Made by a program: the position numbers and the translations under genes
Notes under the pieces: generated by a model
Told to the model about the DNA's origin: nothing
The model's database searches: none
What the model saw: only the letters and a program-made list of their open reading frames with translations
Assembly (NCBI GenBank): GCA_016124975.1
Contig: WGMP01000011.1
Coordinates: forward strand, 5,693-69,692
DNA length: 64,000 bases
DNA from: Phycisphaera sp.
Lineage (GTDB): Bacteria > Planctomycetota > Phycisphaerae > Phycisphaerales > SM1A02
Reading direction: 5' to 3'
Shown here: one piece after another, positions 56,318 to 64,000 of the stretch
Numbering within the stretch: position 1 is the stretch's first letter
How the letters are laid out: each line of letters starts with the position of its first letter

Positions 56318-56719
56318 ATGAAGAAGTTCGGAACGCTTGTCTCGCTCGCGGTCGGCATCCTGCTCGCGCTTGCGTTCGTCGCGCGCATCGAGCCGTCCGA
56401 GGCGACGGCGGCACCCGCCGCGCTCGCGTCGCTCGCCGCTTCCACCGCGCCGCCCGCAGGCCTCTCGGTCGAGGCGAACGACGCGCCTTTCGGGAAGGGC
56501 TTCGACTTCCGCTTCCGATCGGACACCTCCTCGACGACGGTTTCGATCGACCCGCTCGGCCATCGCCACAGCGACTCGGGCTCGCTCTCCTCGCGGGCGG
56601 GAACGATTTCGCTTTCGGCGAAGTACAGCCAGAACGACCGCACGATCGTCATCACCGCGAAGCGCGGCGGTGTGTCGATCGGCGAGTACTCGTGGCGCGT
56701 CGAGGCTGTTTTGCGCTGA
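56318..56719 (+). CDS. Small secreted protein of unknown function
   Basis: GGGAG lies 7 nt upstream of the ATG. Signal MKKFGTLVSLAVGILLALAFVA. 133 aa with a Ser/Thr-rich mature part. Confidence 0.6.
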   Translation: MKKFGTLVSLAVGILLALAFVARIEPSEATAAPAALASLAASTAPPAGLSVEANDAPFGKGFDFRFRSDTSSTTVSIDPLGHRHSDSGSLSSRAGTISLSAKYSQNDRTIVITAKRGGVSIGEYSWRVEAVLR

Positions 56720-56752
56720 GCGCGCGTCCGACGATTCGGGCCAAGCGGTAGA

Positions 56753-57634
56753 GTGCGCGGCATGCAGCGCCGCGACTTCATCGCCTCGACCGTATCCGCA
56801 GCCGCCTCGATTCCGCTCGCAGCGGGCCTCGCGCACGCCGCGCAGGAGGCGCCGCCGACCGCAGCAGCACCCACCAAGCGCAACGGCCGCATCAGGCACT
56901 CCGTGTCCGCGTGGTGCTTCGGCATGCCGCTCGAGGATCTCTGCCGCAACTGCGCCGCGATGGGCATCGAGGCGATCGACCTCCTCAACCCCGACCAGTG
57001 GGAGACGCCGCGGAAGTTCGGAATGGTCTGCTCGCTCGGCAATGGCCCGACCTCGATCGGCGACGGCATGAACCGCGTCGAGAACCACGACCGCGTGGTC
57101 GCCGAGTGCGAGAAGCTGCTGCCGCTCGCCGCGAAGCATGGCGTGCCGAACCTCATGCTCTTCTCCGGAAACCGCCGCGGCATGTCCGATGACGCGGGCC
57201 TCGAGAACTGCGCGATCGGATTGAAGCGCGTGATGCCTCTCGCCGAGAAGCACGGCGTCACGATCCTGATGGAGCTTCTGAACTCGCGCGTCGACCACGG
57301 CGACTACATGTGCGACCGCACGCCCTGGGGCGTCGAGCTCGTGAAGGCGGTCGGCAGCGACCGCTTCAAGCTGCTCTACGACATCTACCACATGCAGATC
57401 ATGGAGGGCGATGTCATCCGCACGATCAGGGACAACCACCGGTACTTCGGCCACTACCACACCGCGGGCAACCCTGGTCGCAACGAGATCGACGCGTCGC
57501 AGGAGCTGAACTACCGTCCGATCTGCGAGGCGATTGCTGCGACGGGCTTCAAGGGATTCCTCGCGCAGGAGTTTATCCCGCGGCGCGACCCGATGACGAG
57601 CCTGCGCGAGTCGATCGACATCTGCGATGTCTGA
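56753..57634 (+). CDS. Xylose-isomerase-like TIM-barrel protein (hydroxypyruvate isomerase family) with a Tat-type signal
   Basis: Twin-arginine motif MQRRDFIAS. Motifs are HSVSAWCF, LMELLN and YDIYHMQIMEGD...GHYHTAGNPGRNE. Confidence 0.85.
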   Translation: MRGMQRRDFIASTVSAAASIPLAAGLAHAAQEAPPTAAAPTKRNGRIRHSVSAWCFGMPLEDLCRNCAAMGIEAIDLLNPDQWETPRKFGMVCSLGNGPTSIGDGMNRVENHDRVVAECEKLLPLAAKHGVPNLMLFSGNRRGMSDDAGLENCAIGLKRVMPLAEKHGVTILMELLNSRVDHGDYMCDRTPWGVELVKAVGSDRFKLLYDIYHMQIMEGDVIRTIRDNHRYFGHYHTAGNPGRNEIDASQELNYRPICEAIAATGFKGFLAQEFIPRRDPMTSLRESIDICDV

Positions 57635-59069
57635 GCGCGCGCGTGCTCCCCTGCTTCTCGCGCTCGCGTTCGCGTTCGCCGTGATGCTCGCGGGCTGTCG
57701 CGCGGCGCCCGGGCGAGAAGCCGCGCCGCAGCGCCGCGCCCCGAACATCGTGCTCGTCTTCGCCGACGACCTCGGCTACGGCGAGCTCGGCTGCTACGGG
57801 CAGCAGAAGATCGCGACGCCGAACATCGACAGGCTCGCCCGCGAAGGCGCGCGGCTGACCCAGTTCTACACGGCCGCGCCCGTCTGCGCGCCGTCGCGCT
57901 CGGCGCTCCTGACGGGACAGCACCTCGGGCACACGCCGATCCGCGACAACTCCGAGGTCCAGCCCGAGGGCCAAGGCCCGCTGCCTGCGGAAACGCGCAC
58001 GCTTGCGCACGACCTTCGCGCAGCGGGCTACGCGACCGCGTGCATCGGCAAGTGGGGCCTCGGCTTCGTCGGCTCGTCGGGCGACCCGAACGCGATGGGC
58101 TTCGACCTCTTCTACGGCTACAACTGCCAGCGTCAGGCGCACAACTTCTACCCGACGCACCTCTGGCGCAACGACGAGCGCGTGGTGCTCGAGGGCAACG
58201 ACCCGAAGTCGCGCACGGAACTTGTCTATGCGCCCGACCTGATGCTCGACGAGGCGAAGGCGTTCATCGGGGCGAACGCGTCGCGGCCGTTCTTTCTGCT
58301 GTACGCCTCGCCCCTGCCGCATCTCGCGCTGCAGCCGACGCGCAAGGACCTCGAGCCCTACGACCTCAGTTTCGACGAGACGCCGTATGCGGGCGGCAAG
58401 GGATACCTCCCGCACCAGACGCCGCGCGCGGCCTACGCGGCGATGATCTCGCGGCTCGACGCAGAGGTGGGCGCGATCCGCGCCGAGCTCGAGCGGCACG
58501 GCCTTGCTGAGAACACGCTCATCGTCGTCACGAGCGACAACGGCCCGACGCACGATGTCGGCGGCGTCGACACGGTGTTCTTCGACTCGACCGCGGGGCT
58601 GCGCGGCCGCAAGGGCTCTGTGTGGGAAGGCGGCATCCGCGTTCCGTGCGTCGCGTGGTGGCCGCGCACGATCGCGCCCGGCGTGACGATCGACGACGCG
58701 GCGTGGACGGCCGATCTCCGCGCCACCTTCGGCGCGTTCGCCGATGCACCGGCGCCTCCGAGCGACGGCCGCGATCTCTCGGCGCTTCTCCTCGACGGCG
58801 ACCCGCTGCCCACGCGCGCGCTCTACTGGCCGTTCCCCGGCTATGGCGGGCAGGAAGCCGTTCGCGAAGGCGACTGGAAGATCGTGCGCACGGGGCTTCG
58901 CCAGCGCAAGAGCCCCGCCGCGGAGAACGAAGGCTGGCAGCTCTTCAATCTGGCCACCGACCCAAACGAGACGACCGATGTCGCCGCCGCACACCCCGAG
59001 ATCGTGTCGCGGCTCGCGGAGATCGCGCAGCACTCATACACGCCGAGCGCGCGCTTCCCTCTGCGATAG
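57627..59069 (+). CDS. Sulfatase (arylsulfatase / N-acetylgalactosamine-6-sulfatase-like), lipoprotein signal
   Basis: Lipobox VMLAGC. The formylglycine motif is CAPSRSALLTGQH within NIVLVFADDLGYGELGCYG... Confidence 0.9.
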   Translation: MSERARAPLLLALAFAFAVMLAGCRAAPGREAAPQRRAPNIVLVFADDLGYGELGCYGQQKIATPNIDRLAREGARLTQFYTAAPVCAPSRSALLTGQHLGHTPIRDNSEVQPEGQGPLPAETRTLAHDLRAAGYATACIGKWGLGFVGSSGDPNAMGFDLFYGYNCQRQAHNFYPTHLWRNDERVVLEGNDPKSRTELVYAPDLMLDEAKAFIGANASRPFFLLYASPLPHLALQPTRKDLEPYDLSFDETPYAGGKGYLPHQTPRAAYAAMISRLDAEVGAIRAELERHGLAENTLIVVTSDNGPTHDVGGVDTVFFDSTAGLRGRKGSVWEGGIRVPCVAWWPRTIAPGVTIDDAAWTADLRATFGAFADAPAPPSDGRDLSALLLDGDPLPTRALYWPFPGYGGQEAVREGDWKIVRTGLRQRKSPAAENEGWQLFNLATDPNETTDVAAAHPEIVSRLAEIAQHSYTPSARFPLR

Positions 59070-59089
59070 GCCGATGGGCGCCTGCAGAG

Positions 59090-59806
59090 CTACCGCCAGT
59101 GCTCCGCCACCCACGGCGTCTTGTGCACATGGCGCGTGAACTTCTTGGTGATGCCTGCCACGGCATCGGGCGGGTTCGGGTGGCCGTGGAAGACCACGAT
59201 GCGGGCGTCCTGCGGGATCTTCGGCGGAACCCACCAGTTCATCGGGAACTTGGCCATGCATCCGTACTTGAAGCTCACGCACCACTCGCGCGGCCAGTAC
59301 GAGAGCTTGCCCGCACGGTGAAGCTCGCGGGAAATGTACTCCTGCTCGTTGCGCACCTCGCGGCGGATCTCGGCGTGCTCCTTCATGAACTTCGCGAGGA
59401 GCTCGGGGTGCGCGCCTGCCTCGAAGCGGTAGACCGAGGAGTTGCCCGTCGGGCGCCACGGCCGCGCCCAGTCCTTGATGATGAGGAACTCGCCGGGATG
59501 CGAGAAAAGGCAGTCGATGTTGCCGACGATGACGATGTCGATGTCGAGGAAGAGCGTCGGCCCCTCGAGATCGAAGAGCGGCCTGCGGAAGGTCGAGATC
59601 TTGCGCCACCCGCGCTCGGGCCCGCCGGGGTCGTCGAAGTCGGGCAGCGGCCGCGCGTCGATTCCTGCGTCGAGCCCCGTCGCGTCGTCGGTCATGCAGA
59701 CGAAGCGATGCGGGATCGTGATGTTGCGCTTCACCATCGAGGCGAGGCGGTTCACATACTCGGGGCCGTACTTGGTGCCCCACTTCATGCAGATGATGTT
59801 CGCCAT
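59090..59806 (-). CDS. Putative glycosyltransferase-like protein (DxD-containing), function unknown
   Basis: Internal ATG at 59806 (MANIICMKWGTKYGPEYVNRLASMVKRN), with FLDIDIVIVGNID (DxD-like). Its composition is clearly coding compared with the alternative frames. Confidence 0.6.
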   Translation of the reverse strand: MANIICMKWGTKYGPEYVNRLASMVKRNITIPHRFVCMTDDATGLDAGIDARPLPDFDDPGGPERGWRKISTFRRPLFDLEGPTLFLDIDIVIVGNIDCLFSHPGEFLIIKDWARPWRPTGNSSVYRFEAGAHPELLAKFMKEHAEIRREVRNEQEYISRELHRAGKLSYWPREWCVSFKYGCMAKFPMNWWVPPKIPQDARIVVFHGHPNPPDAVAGITKKFTRHVHKTPWVAEHWR

Positions 59807-59870
59807 GCGTGCGCCCGCCCGTGGAGATCGCGCGACACGCGCGAGGCTCGCACTGTAGCGCCCTCCCGCG

Positions 59871-60974
59871 TCAGCCGCCCGAAGCGAGGAGTCGCGCCAC
59901 GAGCCGCGGGTCGTGCTCGGCCGCGAGCGCGTCCGACGCCTCGGCGGCACGCGCGGCGAAGTGGTCCCAGCGCGCAAGGATCGCATCGATCGCCGCCGCG
60001 AGTTCGTGTGCGGTCCGCTCGTGGATCACGACGCCCGCGCCGAAGCGCTCGACCACATCTCCCGCCCAGGTGCCTGCCGTCGCGACACAGGGCGCCCCGT
60101 GAAGGAGCGCGTCGAGCACGACTCCGCTCACGCCGTCGGCGAACTTCGCGCGCTCGTAGGGCGCGAGCACAAGCGACCCGACGAAGCGCTCGGCGTACTC
60201 AGCGCGGTCGGGCGCCTTCGGATCTGCGACAAGCCCGCGATAGCCAGCCGCGAGAAGCCGCGACACCACCGCGTCCTCGCGCGATCCGTGGCGGTCGACA
60301 TGCTTCGGAGAGACCTGCACGAGAAGCGGCATGTCGCGGCCCTCTTGCGCGAGGCGCTCTGCGAGTTCCGCCACAAGATCAAGCCCCTTGTTGATGCGCG
60401 CGGCCCCCGCCATGAGGATATGGCGGAACGGCGCGCGAAGCGGCGTGCCCGCGGTGCGCGTGGCGGGATAGGCGACCTGCGCCACGCGCATGCACCCCGC
60501 GCCCACGAGCATCTCTCGCACTCCGCGCGTCGGCGCGAGGAAGAGCGCGTGCCGCCTCGTGCGCGCGCCGAGCAGAAGCGCGAGCCGCGCCGACGGCTTC
60601 GAGAGCGGCCAGTGGACGAAGAGCGAGAGCCGCGAGAGCGCGTCGGCACCCGCGAACGAGAGCCAGTCGGCGGCGAGCGCATGCGAGGCGTTCGCCGTGA
60701 GGACGAGCGTGCGCCCACCCGTGCGGAGCGATGCACCGATCGCCACGAGCTCCGCAAGCGCGCCCGCGGCCGGCGGCGCCGCCACCACGGGCACCGTGCC
60801 GCCGAGGGTCCCGAGGAAGTCGCGGGCGCGAGGGTCGGCCACCACGCGGATCTCGGAGAGCACGCCTTCTCCGCGCGCGGCGACCGCGCGCACGAACTCC
60901 GCGTAGTGCCCGCTCGGCCCGCGCAGCTTCGGCTCGACGATCGTGACGGGCGGCGGTGTGCTGGCGGCGTCCAC
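59871..60974 (-). CDS. GT-B-type glycosyltransferase-like protein
   Basis: The C-terminal region ...SLVLAPYERAKFADGVSGVVLDALLHGAPCVATAGTWAGDVV resembles the GT1/GT4 donor-binding region. Start is either GTG 60974 or ATG 61025; the latter would overlap the divergent truD start. Confidence 0.6.
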   Translation of the reverse strand: MDAASTPPPVTIVEPKLRGPSGHYAEFVRAVAARGEGVLSEIRVVADPRARDFLGTLGGTVPVVAAPPAAGALAELVAIGASLRTGGRTLVLTANASHALAADWLSFAGADALSRLSLFVHWPLSKPSARLALLLGARTRRHALFLAPTRGVREMLVGAGCMRVAQVAYPATRTAGTPLRAPFRHILMAGAARINKGLDLVAELAERLAQEGRDMPLLVQVSPKHVDRHGSREDAVVSRLLAAGYRGLVADPKAPDRAEYAERFVGSLVLAPYERAKFADGVSGVVLDALLHGAPCVATAGTWAGDVVERFGAGVVIHERTAHELAAAIDAILARWDHFAARAAEASDALAAEHDPRLVARLLASGG

Positions 60975-61001
60975 GCGCGGGGAGGATACAGTGCCTCGCC
61001 T

Positions 61002-62219
61002 GTGACCATCCGCCGCACGCCCCATGATTTCCGCGTCGAGGAGCGGCAGACGGCAGACTTCCGAGCATCGATCTCGGCCGATCGCCTGCCCTCGCACCCC
61101 TTCGCGGCCTACACGCTCGAGAAGATCTCGCTGGCGACGCCCGATGCGCTCGCGTTCATCGCGAACACGCTGAAGATTCCGCGCACGGCCATCGCGGCCG
61201 CCGGCCTCAAGGACAGGCACGCCGTCACCACGCAGGTGGTCACGATCGACTCCACGGCGTTCCGCGGCCGGCCGCCCCAGCGTTTCGAGACGGAGTCGTG
61301 GCGCCTCTCGCGGCTCGGATTCGTGCCGCGCGCCGCAGATGCTGGGATCATCGAGCGCAATGCGTTCACCATCGTCGTGCGCGGACTCGACCGCTGGCAC
61401 GCCGACGAACTCGTGCGCCGCGCATCGCTCCTCGACGACGGATCGGGCACGCTCCTCTTCGTCAACTACTTCGGCGACCAGCGCTTCGGCAGCGCGCGCC
61501 ACGGCAAGGGCTTCGTGGGACGCGCGCTCGTCGAGGGCGACTTCGAGCGTGCGCTGCAGCTCGCGATCGGTACGCCCGCGCGCAAGGACTCGGGCGCGGT
61601 GCGCACGCTGACGCGCGCGCTCGCCACCCATTGGGGCGACTGGAACGCGGCGCTCGCAGCCTTCGGCAAGATGCCCGAGCGAGGCGCGATCGAGGTCCTC
61701 GCACGAGGCGGATCATTCCTCGACGCGTTCGCAGCGCTGCCGAAGTTCACGCAGGAGATCTGCGTCGAGGCGTACCAGTCGCATCTCTGGAACGCGATCA
61801 CGCGCGAGCTTGCGCACGCGATCAGCGAGGCGACCGCGCAGCGCGCATTCGAGGCGGAGGACCTCTTCGGCCCCATGATCTTCCCGCGCGCGGCCGCCAT
61901 CACGCCCGCGTTCCTCGCGTTCCCGATCCCGATGCCGTCGCCGCGGGCCGTCTATCACGAGTGTCTCTCCGAGATCGTCGCTGGCGTCCTTGCCGACGAG
62001 GGGGTCGCGCTCGAATCGCTGCGGATTCCCGGCCTCGCGCGGCCTTACTTCGGCGGCGGCGACCGGCCGTTCGTCGCGACGGCGCGCGCATTCCGCATCG
62101 AGCCGCCCGTGCCCGACGAGTTCGCGGGCGGAGGCTCGGCGAACCTCGCCTGCACGGTGTCGTTCGAACTGCCCCGCGGCGCCTATGCCACGGTGCTCCT
62201 GCGCGCGCTCGGGCAGTAG
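61002..62219 (+). CDS. truD: tRNA pseudouridine(13) synthase
   Basis: GTG at 61002 (VTIRRTPHDFRVEE). Motifs are GLKDRHAVTTQ, NAFTIVVRG and VNYFGDQRFG (catalytic Asp motif). The upstream 363 codons of ORF 59913..62219 are antisense to the GT gene. Confidence 0.85.
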   Translation: MTIRRTPHDFRVEERQTADFRASISADRLPSHPFAAYTLEKISLATPDALAFIANTLKIPRTAIAAAGLKDRHAVTTQVVTIDSTAFRGRPPQRFETESWRLSRLGFVPRAADAGIIERNAFTIVVRGLDRWHADELVRRASLLDDGSGTLLFVNYFGDQRFGSARHGKGFVGRALVEGDFERALQLAIGTPARKDSGAVRTLTRALATHWGDWNAALAAFGKMPERGAIEVLARGGSFLDAFAALPKFTQEICVEAYQSHLWNAITRELAHAISEATAQRAFEAEDLFGPMIFPRAAAITPAFLAFPIPMPSPRAVYHECLSEIVAGVLADEGVALESLRIPGLARPYFGGGDRPFVATARAFRIEPPVPDEFAGGGSANLACTVSFELPRGAYATVLLRALGQ

Positions 62220-62260
62220 CGCCTGCTGCGGGCGGCGCGGGGAGCCGCTACGCTTTCCAG

Positions 62261-62818
62261 ATGGCCGCTTGCGACCTCCGTCATCCGTGGAGACCCTCCG
62301 CCGCGCTCGGTGCCTGCGCAGCCGCGCTCGCGTTCCTCTTCCTCGCCGCCTGCGGCAAGACCGTCGTCATGAACGGAACCGCCGACGAGGCGTGGGCCGA
62401 GACGATCGCCGTGCTGCACGAGCAAGGCGCGGTGGAGGCAGGCGTCGATACCTCCAAGATCGATCCCGAGCGCGAACGACCGCGCTTCGACAGGGCCAAC
62501 GGCACGATCGATCTCGTCTACGACGCGAATGTCTACTACGGAGAGGGCGCCGCGTATCTCCAGCTCGACATCCGTCGCCCGGAGGAGGCGCGCGAGCGCT
62601 CCATGCGCATGTGGGTCGACTATCCCGTCGGAAACAAGGTGGTGCGCTACGGCCGCTCGATCGACGATGCCGCGACGCAGCGCTTCCATGGCGCGTTCGT
62701 GGCGGCGCGCGAGGCCATGCGACGCAGGAAAGCCTCTGAAGCGCCGCCTGCAGGAGTCCCCGCGTCCGATCGGGACGAGTCCGCCCACGACACGACCGGC
62801 CACGAGTCCAATCCATGA
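62261..62818 (+). CDS. Lipoprotein of unknown function
   Basis: ATG at 62261, with lipobox AFLFLAAC. The mature part has balanced composition, and its stop overlaps the purT ATG (ATGA). Confidence 0.6.
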   Translation: MAACDLRHPWRPSAALGACAAALAFLFLAACGKTVVMNGTADEAWAETIAVLHEQGAVEAGVDTSKIDPERERPRFDRANGTIDLVYDANVYYGEGAAYLQLDIRRPEEARERSMRMWVDYPVGNKVVRYGRSIDDAATQRFHGAFVAAREAMRRRKASEAPPAGVPASDRDESAHDTTGHESNP

Positions 62819-63996
62819 CAGCCAAGATCCTTCTCCTCGGTTCAGGCGAGCTCGGCAAGGAGTTCGCGATCAGCGCCAAGCGCCTCGGCTGCCGCGTCGT
62901 CGCCGCCGACCGCTACGACGACGCGCCCGCGATGCAGGTCGCCGACGGGCGCGAGGTCATCGACATGCTGTCGGGCGCGTCGCTTTCGCGCATCGTGCGC
63001 CGCCACAAGCCCGACTTCATCGTGCCCGAGATCGAGGCGATCCGAACCAGCGAGCTGCTGAAGCTCGAGAAGGCGGGACATTCCGTCGTGCCGAGCGCAT
63101 TCGCCGCGCACATGACGATGAATCGCGACGCGATCCGCGATCTCGCGGCGAAGGAGCTTGGCCTTCGCACCGCACGCTACGCATACGCCGCAAGCGCGCA
63201 GGAGCTCGCAGACGCGGTCCTCGCGAAGGGCGGCGTCGGGCTTCCGTGCGTCGTCAAGCCGACGATGAGCTCGTCGGGCAAGGGCCAGTCGGTCGTGCGC
63301 ACGAAGAAGGAGATCGCGAAGGCGTGGGAGTACGCCGTCACGAACATGCGAGGCGACCGCAAGGTGGTGATCGTCGAGGAGTTCATCGACTTCGACTACG
63401 AGATCACGCAGCTCACCGTGAAGGAGCGCGCCTCGCGCGGCGGCGGCGTGGTGTTCGTCGAGCCGATCGGCCACCGTCAGGAGCGCGGCGACTACCAGGA
63501 GTCGTGGATGCCCTGCCCGATGAAGCCCGCCGCGAAGCGCGCCGCGCGCGAGATGTCGGAGAAGGTCGTGACGCGACTTGCGGGAAAGAACGGCGCTGGC
63601 ATCTTTGGCGTCGAGTTCTTCGTGAAGGGTGGCGAGGTCATCTTCAGCGAGCTTTCGCCGCGCCCGCACGACACGGGCATGGTCACGCTCCGCTCGCAGG
63701 ATCTGTCGGAGTTCGACCTCCACATCCGCGCGATTCTGGGGCTTCCGATTCCCGAGATCCACTATGAGGGGCCGACGGCGTCGGCGGTCATTCTCGCCAC
63801 GCGCGACTCCGAGCGCGCGCCCTCGTACTCGGGGCTCGAGAAGGCCCTGGCGATTCCGTCGGTCGAGCTGCGCATCTTCGGCAAGCCCACCACGCGAAGG
63901 CACCGCCGCATGGGCGTCGTTCTGGCGCACGGAAAGACGGCGGACCTTGCACGAAGCACGGCCGTTCGCGCGGCGGCGCTTGTCCGCGTGCGCTGA
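62815..63996 (+). CDS. purT: Formate-dependent phosphoribosylglycinamide formyltransferase
   Basis: MTAKILLLGSGELGKEFAISAKRLG..., an ATP-grasp core (VVKPTMSSSGKGQSVV), and ELSPRPHDTGMVT. 393 aa, typical for PurT. Confidence 0.9.
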   Translation: MTAKILLLGSGELGKEFAISAKRLGCRVVAADRYDDAPAMQVADGREVIDMLSGASLSRIVRRHKPDFIVPEIEAIRTSELLKLEKAGHSVVPSAFAAHMTMNRDAIRDLAAKELGLRTARYAYAASAQELADAVLAKGGVGLPCVVKPTMSSSGKGQSVVRTKKEIAKAWEYAVTNMRGDRKVVIVEEFIDFDYEITQLTVKERASRGGGVVFVEPIGHRQERGDYQESWMPCPMKPAAKRAAREMSEKVVTRLAGKNGAGIFGVEFFVKGGEVIFSELSPRPHDTGMVTLRSQDLSEFDLHIRAILGLPIPEIHYEGPTASAVILATRDSERAPSYSGLEKALAIPSVELRIFGKPTTRRHRRMGVVLAHGKTADLARSTAVRAAALVRVR

Positions 63997-64000
63997 GGGC

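Noticed and set aside
59913-61001. N-terminal 363 codons of the 768-aa ORF containing truD (a possible large fusion protein)
   Set aside because: This part is Arg/Glu/His-rich, has no motifs, and is antisense to the glycosyltransferase-like gene. TruD homology starts at about 61010.

Overview
High-GC (roughly two-thirds G+C by eye) bacterial chromosomal window. I support about 55 protein-coding genes, no intact RNA gene and no CRISPR array. All domain calls are from motifs read in the translations; no searches were run. Gene content (sulfatase, dockerin-like C-terminal repeats, HAF-type repeats, PEP-CTERM-like tails, N-terminal CxxC...CPEC zinc ribbons) suggests a Planctomycetota/PVC-type organism, which is only an inference.

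Layout:
- 1-9.68 kb: right-hand part of an integrated mobile element. It ends at a 3'-half tRNA-Gly(GCC) remnant followed by the native tRNA terminator. It carries an atypical restriction-modification-like operon: a degenerate MTase-fold protein, an NPPY N6-adenine MTase, a T5orf172/GIY-YIG-like plus SF2 helicase protein, and a fourth gene cut by the window edge. It also carries a phage Gp37/Gp68 (DUF5131) gene, an orphan ORF, a small HTH protein and a PrimPol/P-loop replication protein.
- 9.7-12 kb: EEP-family nuclease/phosphatase, a small putative outer-membrane protein and a lipoprotein.
- 12-20.3 kb: five-gene minus-strand polysaccharide cassette (AsnB-like, bi-domain oxidoreductase, WecB, heparinase II/III-like, GT4).
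- 20.5-39 kb: mostly secreted or envelope proteins and transporters.
- 39-47 kb: two tandem PEP-CTERM-like paralogs, a fucose-type oxidative sugar acid module (Gfo/Idh/MocA, L-fuconate dehydratase, SDR), then a HAF/dockerin protein, a possible small ORF and another PEP-CTERM-like protein.
- 47-50.3 kb: lactonase-type amidohydrolase, aldo-keto reductase, AstB.
- 50.3-53.4 kb: a 33-nt tandem repeat, then a DCC thiol-disulfide oxidoreductase, a zinc-ribbon membrane protein and a DoxX-like protein, flanked on the far side by a decayed DCC paralog fragment.
- 53.6-64 kb: HAF/dockerin protein, orphan genes, TIM-barrel isomerase, sulfatase, two glycosyltransferase-like genes, TruD, a lipoprotein and PurT.

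Most very long ORFs in the track (for example the 1589-aa ORF 27135..31904) are antisense or alternate-frame artefacts of high GC and were rejected.

The most interesting candidate for an undescribed system is the mobile-element-borne restriction-like operon at 1-5069. Start codons are often uncertain: the ORF track treats GTG/TTG as M, and several starts were reassigned to internal ATG/GTG codons.
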